Source of the DNA: Candidatus Poribacteria bacterium
GTDB taxonomy: Bacteria; Poribacteria; WGA-4E; PCPOR2b
Assembly (NCBI GenBank): GCA_965198175.1
Contig: OZ240245.1
Location: 1,344,001-1,408,000 of the forward strand
Length of the DNA stretch: 64,000 nt
Direction of reading: 5' to 3'
The notes below the pieces were generated by a model. It searched no databases and was not told where the DNA came from. It worked only from the letters and a program-made list of their open reading frames with translations. A program made the translations under genes and the position numbers. Positions 40,970-50,051 of the stretch are shown here, one piece after another; within the stretch, counting starts at the first letter, position 1; every line of letters begins with the position of its first letter.

Positions 40970-41794
40970 ATGCAAAGTCCAGAATTGGATAGATACGCAC
41001 ACTTCAAAGTCAATCCTTTCTTCAAGGAAGTAGGTGTGTATATTATCAATGGCGACACTTGTAAACCCAATCTGTTTACAGGAGAATTTATCGACCTAAT
41101 CGTTACATCACCGCCGTACAATGTCGGTATCAATTACGACTCCAATGATGACACGATAAGTTATGAAGATTACCTCGATTTTAGTAGGCAGTGGATAGGG
41201 AATTGCTACAAATGGAGCAAACCGCACGCTCGCCTACTACTGAACATTCCACTCGATAAAAACAAGGGTGGTCATCGTAGCGTTGGCGCTGATCTCACCA
41301 CAATTGCACAGGAGGTGGGTTGGAACTACCACGCCACAATTGTCTGGAATGAAGGAAATATCTCTCGTCGAACGGCGTGGGGCTCATGGATGTCCGCGTC
41401 TGCCCCCTTTGTCATTGCCCCTGTTGAGTTAATTGTCATTTTGTATAAGGATTCTTGGAAGAAGCAGCTTGGCAGTAAAGAGTCAGATGTATCACGGGAT
41501 GAGTTTATAGCATGGACAAATGGGGTATGGACTTTTAACGGTGAGAGTAAAAAAAGGGTAGGGCACCCCGCTCCCTTTCCGCGTGAGTTGCCCTATCGCT
41601 GCATCAAGTTATTCAGCTACGTCGGGGACGTTGTATTCGATCCCTTTTTGGGAAGTGGTACGACCTTAGTGGAGGCACATAATAACAGCCGAATCGGCGT
41701 TGGCGTTGAAATTGACACGGGCTATTGCGAATTGGCTCAGAAGCGGATTATGGATGGTCGGACTTTGTTTGCAACGTTGAGAGAATCAGAATGA
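40970..41794 (+). CDS. beta-class amino (N4-C/N6-A) DNA methyltransferase
   Basis: TSPPY before HPAPFP and DPFLGSGTT. Confidence 0.93.
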   Translation: MQSPELDRYAHFKVNPFFKEVGVYIINGDTCKPNLFTGEFIDLIVTSPPYNVGINYDSNDDTISYEDYLDFSRQWIGNCYKWSKPHARLLLNIPLDKNKGGHRSVGADLTTIAQEVGWNYHATIVWNEGNISRRTAWGSWMSASAPFVIAPVELIVILYKDSWKKQLGSKESDVSRDEFIAWTNGVWTFNGESKKRVGHPAPFPRELPYRCIKLFSYVGDVVFDPFLGSGTTLVEAHNNSRIGVGVEIDTGYCELAQKRIMDGRTLFATLRESE

Positions 41795-42375
41795 CCAAGA
41801 AAATCACTCAGACAGAGTTGGTAATGGAATACTTTACGATGCACCCGAATCGTGCCATCAAGCATCCCGAAGTCGTTGACTGGCTTACCAGAGAATACCA
41901 AGAGAGAACAGGCAAAACCTTTAGAGATCCCGATCGGGCTATCCGCAAGTTGGCTCAAGAAGGGAAACTGGTAAAACTCAGGAAAGGTCTTTACAAATAC
42001 GATCCGAATCTCATTACAAATCCTGAATTAGAAGATTTCACACCCGCCCAAAGGGAACAGATTTTCAAGCGAGACGACTACCGTTGTGTAATGTGCGGGA
42101 AGGGGCAACGCGATGGTGTCGAAGTTCAGGCAGACCATATCAAACCGAAGGACTTAGGCGGCAAAGCAACAATCGACAACGGTCAAACCCTTTGCGCAAC
42201 GCACAATTTCCGCAAAAAGAACCTCAAACAGACGGAAACAGGGAAGAAGATGTTTATTCGGTTGTACGAACTTTCAAAATCTGAAAGTGACCGTGAGACG
42301 GATGATTTCTGCCGACACATTCTTGAAGTTTTTGAGGAATACAAAGTCAATAATCACATAGATTGGAAACGCTGA
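41791..42375 (+). CDS. HNH endonuclease, putative type II restriction enzyme
   Basis: ATGA overlap with MTase; CVMCG, ADHIKP..GG...NGQTLCATHN; helical/wHTH-like N-terminus. Confidence 0.85.
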   Translation: MTKKITQTELVMEYFTMHPNRAIKHPEVVDWLTREYQERTGKTFRDPDRAIRKLAQEGKLVKLRKGLYKYDPNLITNPELEDFTPAQREQIFKRDDYRCVMCGKGQRDGVEVQADHIKPKDLGGKATIDNGQTLCATHNFRKKNLKQTETGKKMFIRLYELSKSESDRETDDFCRHILEVFEEYKVNNHIDWKR

Positions 42376-42421
42376 TACGACGATGGATGTGGTATAGATG
42401 TATCTCGAAGCTCCTTAAGCT

Positions 42422-43267
42422 ATGCGAGCAATTGCGAGGAAATGCATGCTGCAGCAAACTATCTCAAACATCCTGGACTGCAAAAATACCATAGAAACGT
42501 ACCAGTTTGACGAGGCAGCGACCAAACAGTATATAGTCCTACCCATCCTCCGAGCCTTAGATTGGCAAGATAGTAATTTGTACACTTTAGAGGTTTTTCC
42601 GGAAAAATTGGTTGGTAACGGAAAAGTTGACTACGCATTACAACGAGGCGATAACATTTTTGTAGTTATTGAGTGTAAGCGTTGGGGTGAAAATATCGAA
42701 AGGCATCAAGAACAGATATGCCTCTATGCTTTCATGGCAGGTGTGGGTATTGCCGTCATCACCAACGGCAAAATATGGGATTTCTATCTCCCCGATAAGA
42801 CATCATTGCCCGGCAGAGTCAATGTTCCGTGGCAAGACAGAATTTTCTGTTCCATCGATCTTGAAGCCCGTCATGAAGCAATATTCGATTTCCAAAAATA
42901 TCTTACAAAATCACATGTCGAGCAAGGACAAGCAAGAACAGAAGCAGAAGAAGCTTTCCAACCCCAAAGAGTTGATACCCCGCTACCTCGGCAGCGGTAT
43001 TGCTTACCTATCCTCAAAGCCCTGGAAATCCTTGGTGGGACAGCAGCAACCAGCGATGTACTCACACAGGTCTTTCAACTCATGAACAATGAACTTAGGT
43101 CGATAGATAAATCACGCCGATCGGATGGTCAGTTCTATTGGGAAAACCGAGCCCATGACATGCGGCGGGAGTTAGTCAATAAGGAGTTGATGAAGGACGA
43201 CTCTCCACGGGGGATTTGGGAAATCTCAGAGGAAGGGCGCGAATATCTTCGCACTAACGAAAATTGA
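42422..43267 (+). CDS. HsdR-N-like PD-(D/E)xK nuclease fused to Mrr-N-like winged helix (start may be 42446)
   Basis: EAATKQ..VLPIL.ALDW, VDYAL..VIECK, ITNGK.W; PILKALE.LGG...WEN...RGIWEISEEGR. Confidence 0.8.
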   Translation: MRAIARKCMLQQTISNILDCKNTIETYQFDEAATKQYIVLPILRALDWQDSNLYTLEVFPEKLVGNGKVDYALQRGDNIFVVIECKRWGENIERHQEQICLYAFMAGVGIAVITNGKIWDFYLPDKTSLPGRVNVPWQDRIFCSIDLEARHEAIFDFQKYLTKSHVEQGQARTEAEEAFQPQRVDTPLPRQRYCLPILKALEILGGTAATSDVLTQVFQLMNNELRSIDKSRRSDGQFYWENRAHDMRRELVNKELMKDDSPRGIWEISEEGREYLRTNEN

Positions 43268-43317
43268 CACAGCAACACACGGAGAAAATCTGAAATTAAG
43301 AAAAAAATCAAAAACAT

Positions 43318-43595
43318 TGTGACATCCAACTGGAAATCCGAAACTTCAAAAACCCTTCAAACCCCCATTATCACAGGCATTGAGCAATACTCAAGTGCAT
43401 CAAATATCGGCTCACATAACAATCAAAATTTGTGATATAGTGTGATATTGCATAGTGTCTAACTGAGAACCCATCAGCTCCGACAAATCCTCCAAACCCA
43501 CGTGACGACTGGGCTTAGGCAGCTATCGAAGGACGCCGAATCTCATATCACAAAATATCACACACAATGTCACATAATGTGATATTTTGTGATAT
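43318..43595. repeat. TGTGATA/TATCACA array with 18-bp perfect inverted repeat
   Basis: 10-bp-spaced pairs at 43431/43441, 43547/43557, 43578/43588; IR 43545-43562 with 43578-43595. Confidence 0.75.
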
Positions 43596-43640
43596 CGAAA
43601 TTGAGAATCTCGAAAATCCGAATTTAGCCAGAAGAATGAA

Positions 43641-44335
43641 AAAGCGGAACGACCTTAGTAGAGGCGCACAATAACCGACGAATCGGTGTTGGCGATGAAA
43701 TTGACAGCGGCTATTGCGAATTAGCTCGAAATCGAATTATGGATAGTCGAAGTTTATTTGCAACGTTGAGGGAATCCGAATGACGAAGAGAATCACCCAA
43801 ACAGGGTTGGTAATGGAATACTATTATGATGCATCCGAATCGCCCCATTGAGCATCCCGAAGTCGTTGACTGGCTAACGAGTGAGTACCCGAAGAGAATG
43901 GGCAAAACCTTTAGAGATTCCGACAGAGCTATCCGCAAGTTGGCTCAAGAAGGGAAACTGGTAAAACTCGGGAAAGGTCTTTACAAATACGATCCGAATC
44001 TCGTTACAAACCCTGAACTAGAAGATTTCACACCTGCTCAAAAAGAGCAGATATTTAAGCGAGACGGCTACCGTTGTGTGATGTGTGGGAAGGGGCAACG
44101 CGATGGCGTCGAAATTCAGGCAGACCATATCAAACCGAAAGATTTAGGCGGCAAAGCAACAATTGCGAACGGTCAAACCCTTTGCGCAACGCACAATTTC
44201 CGCAAGAAAAATTACAAGCAGACGGAAACGGAGAAGAAGATGTTTATTCGTTTGTACGAAGTTTCAAAATCTAAAAGTGACTGTGAGACGGAGGATTTCT
44301 GCCGACACATTCTTGAAATTTTTGAGAAATATAAC
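43641..44335 (+). repeat. diverged direct duplicate of 41652-42345 (MTase 3' end plus HNH gene)
   Basis: Colinear nucleotide similarity with scattered substitutions. Confidence 0.9.
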
Positions 44336-44338
44336 ATT
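43780..44338 (+). pseudogene. second HNH endonuclease copy, frameshifted and 3'-truncated
   Basis: +1 base near 43822 (TACTATTATG vs TACTTTACG); tail replaced by transposase sequence. Confidence 0.85.
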
Positions 44339-45125
44339 AGACGAATTTACTATCCACGAACGACTCCATCCCAACGCCAGCGGCTTTTTGAAATATGTGA
44401 AGAAACCGGCAATCTCCAAGACGCCTTGCAAGAATCACGAGTAAGCGGAGGCTCATTCTATCGCTGGAAACCCCGCTTTGAGAAAGGGGGATACCCCCGC
44501 GCTAGATAAATTTGATAGCCATGCGCCCAACAATCCTCGGCGGATAGCTGAAGCCCTCAAAGTCAAGGTCATTGAACTTCGACGTCGAAACCCAAAATGG
44601 GGGAAACGACGTATCGCCGACTAGATGGCTAAAGCGAACAATTGGGTGGCTTTAATCAGTTCGAATACTGTCAAGCGAATCCTCAAAGATTCCGGTCTCT
44701 GGACGACTGAACAACCACCGGTAAAAAAGGGAGACCTGTAGCGGTCAGTCGAACCGCTGGGGCACCCGGTCAGACAATCAACGTCGATTTATGTTTTGTG
44801 CCTGGCATCCATCAAGCCTCAGTCAAGCTTCCCGCCGTCAGTGGGTCTTCTGGCAAATTAGTCATCGACCCACCGAAAATAGACGCTACTGAATCGGGGT
44901 ATCCCGGTGCGGTTTTCGCGAATCCGGATTTGGATTATGTACAAGCGATGACTCAATTTGTTGCCGCTTCCGAAAAGGAAATCCAATCGTTGAAGCAGCC
45001 AAAGCATGGTGCTGAAACTGGAAGTCAGTCATGTCGTCTTCAGAAACAGCAACTCCGTCACGAAGAAGAGATGTTACGTGGCAAGCGACGCGGTGTCCGT
45101 GAACGTCGCAAGCGAGAGGGGGTCG
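44339..45125 (+). mobile_element. degenerate IS transposase (IS481/IS3-like HTH plus start of second ORF)
   Basis: FYRWKPRFEKGG, VIELRRRNPKWGKRRIAD*, NTVKRILKDSGLW; AAAAAAG at 44723 links to PGQTINVDLCFVP in the -1 frame. Confidence 0.75.
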
Positions 45126-45131
45126 CTCTTT

Positions 45132-46922
45132 TCACCCATCCACTACCCGGCAAGCGGGATTACATAGATCACAATTTCCACACCGGTAGTCATCAGCAAC
45201 TGCCTCACCGAAATATATTCGCATGGCTCGCCCGCGACAATTGTCCGCGAGGGCGTAAAAGACCATCTGATCAAGCTGACGACGCCTGCTCCGAACGTAA
45301 TCCTCAAAGCCCATCTGATCCTCCGAAATTGAAGCAAAGAAGTTGCTATCGCGTAGCAGCTCAATGAGCATCGAATCCTCCGCCCCCCAATACCACAAAT
45401 ACCCATCGCTCTGCAAATCAATCAATTGCTCCATCAAATCGTCCGGACGGAAGTCCAAGTCCCGGCAGAACTCCAAGGTGTTCAATTCGGATCGCGTCCG
45501 AAGTTGAGCCAGCAGTGCACGTTGGTCGCCGCTCTCCAGCCCGTAATCAGGGACGAACCGCGTTCGAATCGACAGGTTTGAGGGTATGTCGTACAATCTT
45601 CGCAGAAACCCGAGCTTCTGCAAGTGGCTGATGCCGACCCTGATTTTGCCCGCACTAAAACTACTTAACCACTCCAGCTCTTCTGCGGGAATCATGCGGA
45701 AACTGCCTAACGCGGGAACGGTTTCAATCAACTTGAGGAGTTTAAGCAGATTTCGCTTGTTCGGCGCATCTTCCTTGATAAACCACTCGCGCAACCGCCG
45801 GTCGTGGGGGCAGTAAAACAGCACACAGTGGGAAACCTCACCATCCCGCCCGGCGCGCCCGGCTTCCTGATAATATTCCTCTAGTGTCCCGGTCATCGCC
45901 CAATGGATGATGTATCGGGTGTTTGCCTTGTCAATCCCCATGCCAAAGGCGTTGGTCGCCACGATGATGTCTATCCCGTCAGTTCCGTCGTCGAAGAACC
46001 CGTCCTGCACCCGTTTGCGATCCGTCGCGTCGCGTCCGGCATGGTAATAGTCGACCCGCCGCCCATGCGATCTCAGATACTCCGCAATCTCCTCCGTGTC
46101 GCGTCGGCGTCCCGCATAGATAATCCCTTTGCCTTCGAGTCGTCTCAAACAGTCGTCCAGCAGCGAATACTTCTCGGACTCACTGGAAACCGCACAGACG
46201 CTGAATTTCAGATTGGGGCGCTCAATGCTCCGCACAAATACTTCGCACCGATCGACCTCCAACTCGCGCAAGATGTCCGCACGCACATCTGGGGTTGCGG
46301 TCGCTGTGAATAGCGCGATTGAACGGGGGTGCACCACCCGGATGGCGTCGCGCAGCGCCAGATACGCCGGTCGGAAATCGTGACCCCACTGCGAAATGCA
46401 GTGTGCCTCATCAATGACAAACAGCGAGATTGGGAACGAATCCAGCCGCGCCAAGAACCGACGACTCCGAAACCGCTCCGGGGCGGCATAAAGCAACTTA
46501 ATCTCGCCGCGCTTCAAGCGGTCCAACTCCGCCTGATACTCCTCCATACTCAGGCTGCTGTTGATTAGTCCGACCGAATGGATACCGCGCTCACGCAACG
46601 CATCTACCTGATCCTTCATCAAGGAAATTAACGGCGAAACGATGATCGCGACGCCGGGCTGCATGAGCGCCGGCAACTGATAACAGAGCGATTTGCCATA
46701 ACCGGTCGGAAACGCCGCGAGCGTATTGCCGCCGTTCAGGATTGCCTCCACAATCTCACGCTGCCCTGATCGGAACGTCGAAAGTCCGAAATAGCGTTCA
46801 AGCGCAGCGGGCAACTCGTCCGACTCGTCCGCAGGCGGCGAGGATGTTGCGGACGACACCGGAGAAGGCGGCGCGTCAATGAGCTGATCGATATTTTCAA
46901 GGATATTCTGTAGATTCTTCAT
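45132..46922 (-). CDS. recQ: RecQ-family ATP-dependent DNA helicase
   Basis: PTGYGKSLCYQLP, DEAHCISQWGHDFRP, ATNAFGMGIDK, QEAGRAGRDG, Zn-binding Cys. Confidence 0.93.
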   Translation of the reverse strand: MKNLQNILENIDQLIDAPPSPVSSATSSPPADESDELPAALERYFGLSTFRSGQREIVEAILNGGNTLAAFPTGYGKSLCYQLPALMQPGVAIIVSPLISLMKDQVDALRERGIHSVGLINSSLSMEEYQAELDRLKRGEIKLLYAAPERFRSRRFLARLDSFPISLFVIDEAHCISQWGHDFRPAYLALRDAIRVVHPRSIALFTATATPDVRADILRELEVDRCEVFVRSIERPNLKFSVCAVSSESEKYSLLDDCLRRLEGKGIIYAGRRRDTEEIAEYLRSHGRRVDYYHAGRDATDRKRVQDGFFDDGTDGIDIIVATNAFGMGIDKANTRYIIHWAMTGTLEEYYQEAGRAGRDGEVSHCVLFYCPHDRRLREWFIKEDAPNKRNLLKLLKLIETVPALGSFRMIPAEELEWLSSFSAGKIRVGISHLQKLGFLRRLYDIPSNLSIRTRFVPDYGLESGDQRALLAQLRTRSELNTLEFCRDLDFRPDDLMEQLIDLQSDGYLWYWGAEDSMLIELLRDSNFFASISEDQMGFEDYVRSRRRQLDQMVFYALADNCRGRAMRIYFGEAVADDYRCGNCDLCNPACRVVDG

Positions 46923-47003
46923 ATGACGTTGTTAGCGCACTTCCATCGGATAACGGTCAGGGCAACCCCATCCGTCCGAATCGCGCCGATGTTCGGCGTT
47001 GCA

Positions 47004-47702
47004 TCAGTGCATGAATCGAAAACGGATAATATGGTACATCGCCGCAACCCCATCCTTCCAACTCACTTTCTTGCCCTCGTGATAGTCGCGTCCGTGATAG
47101 GTTATCGGAACCTCGCAGATTCGGCACTTCCGCTTGGCGAGCTTCGCGGTTATCTCCGGCTCGAATCCAAATCGATCTGACTGTAGCGGAATCTCCCGCA
47201 AAATCGAGGTTTTTATCACCTTATAACAGGTCTCCATATCCGTCAGGTTCAACCCGGTGACCAGATTGGAGAAAGAGGTCAGAAACCTATTGGCGGCGTA
47301 ACTCGACAGCAGCGCATGCCGCCGTCCCGTTTTGAAGCGCGAGCCGTAGACCGCGTCCGCCGTGCCATCCAAGATCGGCTGAATCAATTTGGGATAATCT
47401 TGCGGATTATACTCCAGATCAGCATCCTGAACGAGGGTCATATCGCCGTCCACATACTGAAACCCGGTTCGCAGCGCTGCCCCTTTGCCGCGATTCACAT
47501 CGTGGTAGAAGACACGGATGGATGGGTCGCCAGACGCTTCAATCCGCTGGAGAAGTTCACGCACGCCGTCGGTCGAGTGATCGTCCACCAGGACAATCTC
47601 TTTTTCAATCCCAATCTCTGCTGCTTGGACCTGCCTGAGAATCTCTTCCAGCGTGCCGACCTCATTATAAACGGGAATCACAATCGAGAGCTTATGCCCC
47701 AT
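47004..47702 (-). CDS. GT2 glycosyltransferase (DPM/DPG-synthase-like)
   Basis: IPVYNE, VDDHSTDG, NRGKGAA, QDADLEY, DMETCYK, FGFEPE. Confidence 0.92.
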   Translation of the reverse strand: MGHKLSIVIPVYNEVGTLEEILRQVQAAEIGIEKEIVLVDDHSTDGVRELLQRIEASGDPSIRVFYHDVNRGKGAALRTGFQYVDGDMTLVQDADLEYNPQDYPKLIQPILDGTADAVYGSRFKTGRRHALLSSYAANRFLTSFSNLVTGLNLTDMETCYKVIKTSILREIPLQSDRFGFEPEITAKLAKRKCRICEVPITYHGRDYHEGKKVSWKDGVAAMYHIIRFRFMH

Positions 47703-47769
47703 GCCAAACCACCCATTGGACGAACGCAATTTTTACCTTGAAATTGACTACATCAACGCCTAACAATCC

Positions 47770-47985
47770 GTAGGTTGGATTGAGCCAGCGGTGATACTCA
47801 ACAAACCAAACCCAAATCTCTTTGCGGCGGGCTGAACCACCTACCGAAACCCAATTCCACAACCTAACGTAACGATTAAAAAGCGTTAGGTTTCGCAACA
47901 TATGACAAATCTCGCGCTCAATCAACTCCCGAAACACATGTGTCATACTTCATAGGTTTCATCAACACCGCTCAACCCAACCTAC
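47770..47985. repeat. REP/REPIN-like composite element
   Basis: GTAGGTTGGATTGAGC ... GCTCAACCCAACCTAC ends; inner AACCTAACG/CGTTAGGTT and AAACCCAA units. Confidence 0.75.
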
Positions 47986-48101
47986 AATTTCCACCATAAA
48001 AGAGAAGAAGACAGCATAACACATCTGCCCCGTCGAATCAAGCGCATTCGCGCCTCGCCTCTCGTATGTCGTGCGGCGACTTGGGTCTAGGCGCGAGGGG
48101 T

Positions 48102-50048
48102 TCAGGGAATCATGCTAGGACGCCCGTGCCACGCCATGTTATACGTGACGACGTTGAAGGTCGCACTAATGATGCTCCAAATGCAGCCCATCGTGTAATC
48201 TCCGAGCACCAAGCCCGCAAAAAATGGGATGGCGCGTCGATACCCCTTCAAGCCGCCATACCGTAGGATGGTGAACTTGAGAAACCAACTGACAAGCATC
48301 GGGCACCAGATATAACTCATCTCCGACGGGCTCACTCCCATGACGTACCCCACCGGATGGAATTGCCACCACAAAAACCGCATCTTCATGACTAGCAGAA
48401 CGGTCGTTATCCCAAACCCGAGACCGATCATGCTCATCGTCAGGTAATCCGGTTCGAGCGGATGGCTCAACCACGGTTGGAGCCGCCGCGTAAAGTAGTC
48501 CGTACCCATCCCCACAATGTGTGATGCGGAATTACCCGCCCCGTGGTGATACGTAAGGCTGAGGTATATCACAAAAGTCACCGGTATCCCGATGATTAGG
48601 GTAATCAGCATCGCCCACAATACCGTTCGATAATTCGTACCCGTCTGTTCGGCGATTCGGAAGGCTTCGAGCTGGTTCGGCATCGGATGCGCGACCAACT
48701 CTCGATTCAGCCAAAAAAGGAAGGTCAGCACCGTCAGGTTCCGCGCCCCGAAGGCGCGTGTTCCGAAGGCAGTCACCATCGTGCGTTGCGGGTCTACCCA
48801 GATGATGTGATGGATTGACACCCCCAAGCTCGCCCTGAGCTTTGCCACCCCGATGGCGATGGAACAGTATAACGCCAAGAACATGAGCAGCACCCATGCA
48901 GCAAGCCCGGCTTTATACGCGAACCCAAGCAAGAACAGCACCCCTGCGACAATTCCCAAGATTGCGGTCCGATACCGCATCGGTTCACTCGTGTCGTCAA
49001 TTCCGCCCTTGCCGCTGAACGTGTGGACGAAGACGCGCTTGAGGTGCCGGCGCCCAACCCAGAGCGCCAGAATCCCCAACCCAATCCAACCGCCTTGCGC
49101 CTGTTCATCAAAGTAAGGGTTGCGTATACCCATCGCCGCGCCGAGCAGCACCCGTATCAGGAGTTGTAGGATGAAGAAGAACCAAGCGGAAAACGCGAGA
49201 TCCAACGGCATGAAATACGATAGCCCAATCACGAATGGCTGGAAGGAGACCAGCACGCCGCCCGCGTAGCTCCACGGCTTTTCCACGAAACTGACCCGTT
49301 GCCACCACACGGGCACAGCGGGAACGAAAGGGTATAAGGTATGCAAGCCGTTCAGCAGACTGATGCCCGCCGCAATCCCAAAACCCGCCCACATTAACTT
49401 GTTCCTCAGGAAGCCGGAGATGTCTCGCCCCATCTCCAGGGGCATCCAAGTAATCGGATAGGTGAGCCGTTCGTGTTCGGTGAACTGCTTTCTCAAAATG
49501 ACGTTGATACAGATGAGAACGAAGTAGAGCACGAACATGAATGCGGACCAATAGAGCATCGGCGCCAGCCAAGGCTTGACGTACTGCGGGTTAAAGAAGG
49601 AGGTCTCGCCGAGGAAAAAACCGCTGAGCGCGTTTGTGTCCCGGGTGGTAAACCAGTCGGGGATATACCCCCAAAACAGATTCCGCCAGTCATTCTCCGG
49701 CGTGGCGAACCAGTACGGGTGCGCGAGAATTCCGACCACATGGCTCATGCTCGGATGTCCCGACACGGTTGTCACCGTGACGACCATGACGTAGATGACG
49801 AACAGGTCGGATCTGTTGAGCGATGCGCCCGGCAGCAGTCTCTTGACAATCAGGTTCAGCAGAATCAGGGCAAACAGCGTAAAGACCGCATTGCTGAACA
49901 GCGACATATAGTTGTGCAACGGTCCCACGATAATGTCATTGATTGCAACCCAATATGCGTTGAGCGCCATCATTATGAGACCGATGACGACAACTCTAAA
50001 GCGAACACCGCCTCGCTTCGAGTATTGGATCGGGCTTGTCTGATTCAT
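48102..50048 (-). CDS. DUF6785/DUF6784-type polytopic membrane protein
   Basis: HPYWFATPENDW, RKQF..ERLTYP, HPMPNQLE, WQFHPVGY, GLVLGD. Confidence 0.75.
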   Translation of the reverse strand: MNQTSPIQYSKRGGVRFRVVVIGLIMMALNAYWVAINDIIVGPLHNYMSLFSNAVFTLFALILLNLIVKRLLPGASLNRSDLFVIYVMVVTVTTVSGHPSMSHVVGILAHPYWFATPENDWRNLFWGYIPDWFTTRDTNALSGFFLGETSFFNPQYVKPWLAPMLYWSAFMFVLYFVLICINVILRKQFTEHERLTYPITWMPLEMGRDISGFLRNKLMWAGFGIAAGISLLNGLHTLYPFVPAVPVWWQRVSFVEKPWSYAGGVLVSFQPFVIGLSYFMPLDLAFSAWFFFILQLLIRVLLGAAMGIRNPYFDEQAQGGWIGLGILALWVGRRHLKRVFVHTFSGKGGIDDTSEPMRYRTAILGIVAGVLFLLGFAYKAGLAAWVLLMFLALYCSIAIGVAKLRASLGVSIHHIIWVDPQRTMVTAFGTRAFGARNLTVLTFLFWLNRELVAHPMPNQLEAFRIAEQTGTNYRTVLWAMLITLIIGIPVTFVIYLSLTYHHGAGNSASHIVGMGTDYFTRRLQPWLSHPLEPDYLTMSMIGLGFGITTVLLVMKMRFLWWQFHPVGYVMGVSPSEMSYIWCPMLVSWFLKFTILRYGGLKGYRRAIPFFAGLVLGDYTMGCIWSIISATFNVVTYNMAWHGRPSMIP

Positions 50049-50051
50049 GGC

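Noticed and set aside
43431..43595. CRP/FNR sites
   Set aside because: TGTGA half-sites are in direct or everted orientation, not TGTGA-N6-TCACA
43826..44509. Novel HNH-HTH fusion protein
   Set aside because: Accidental join of the frameshifted HNH duplicate and transposase sequence
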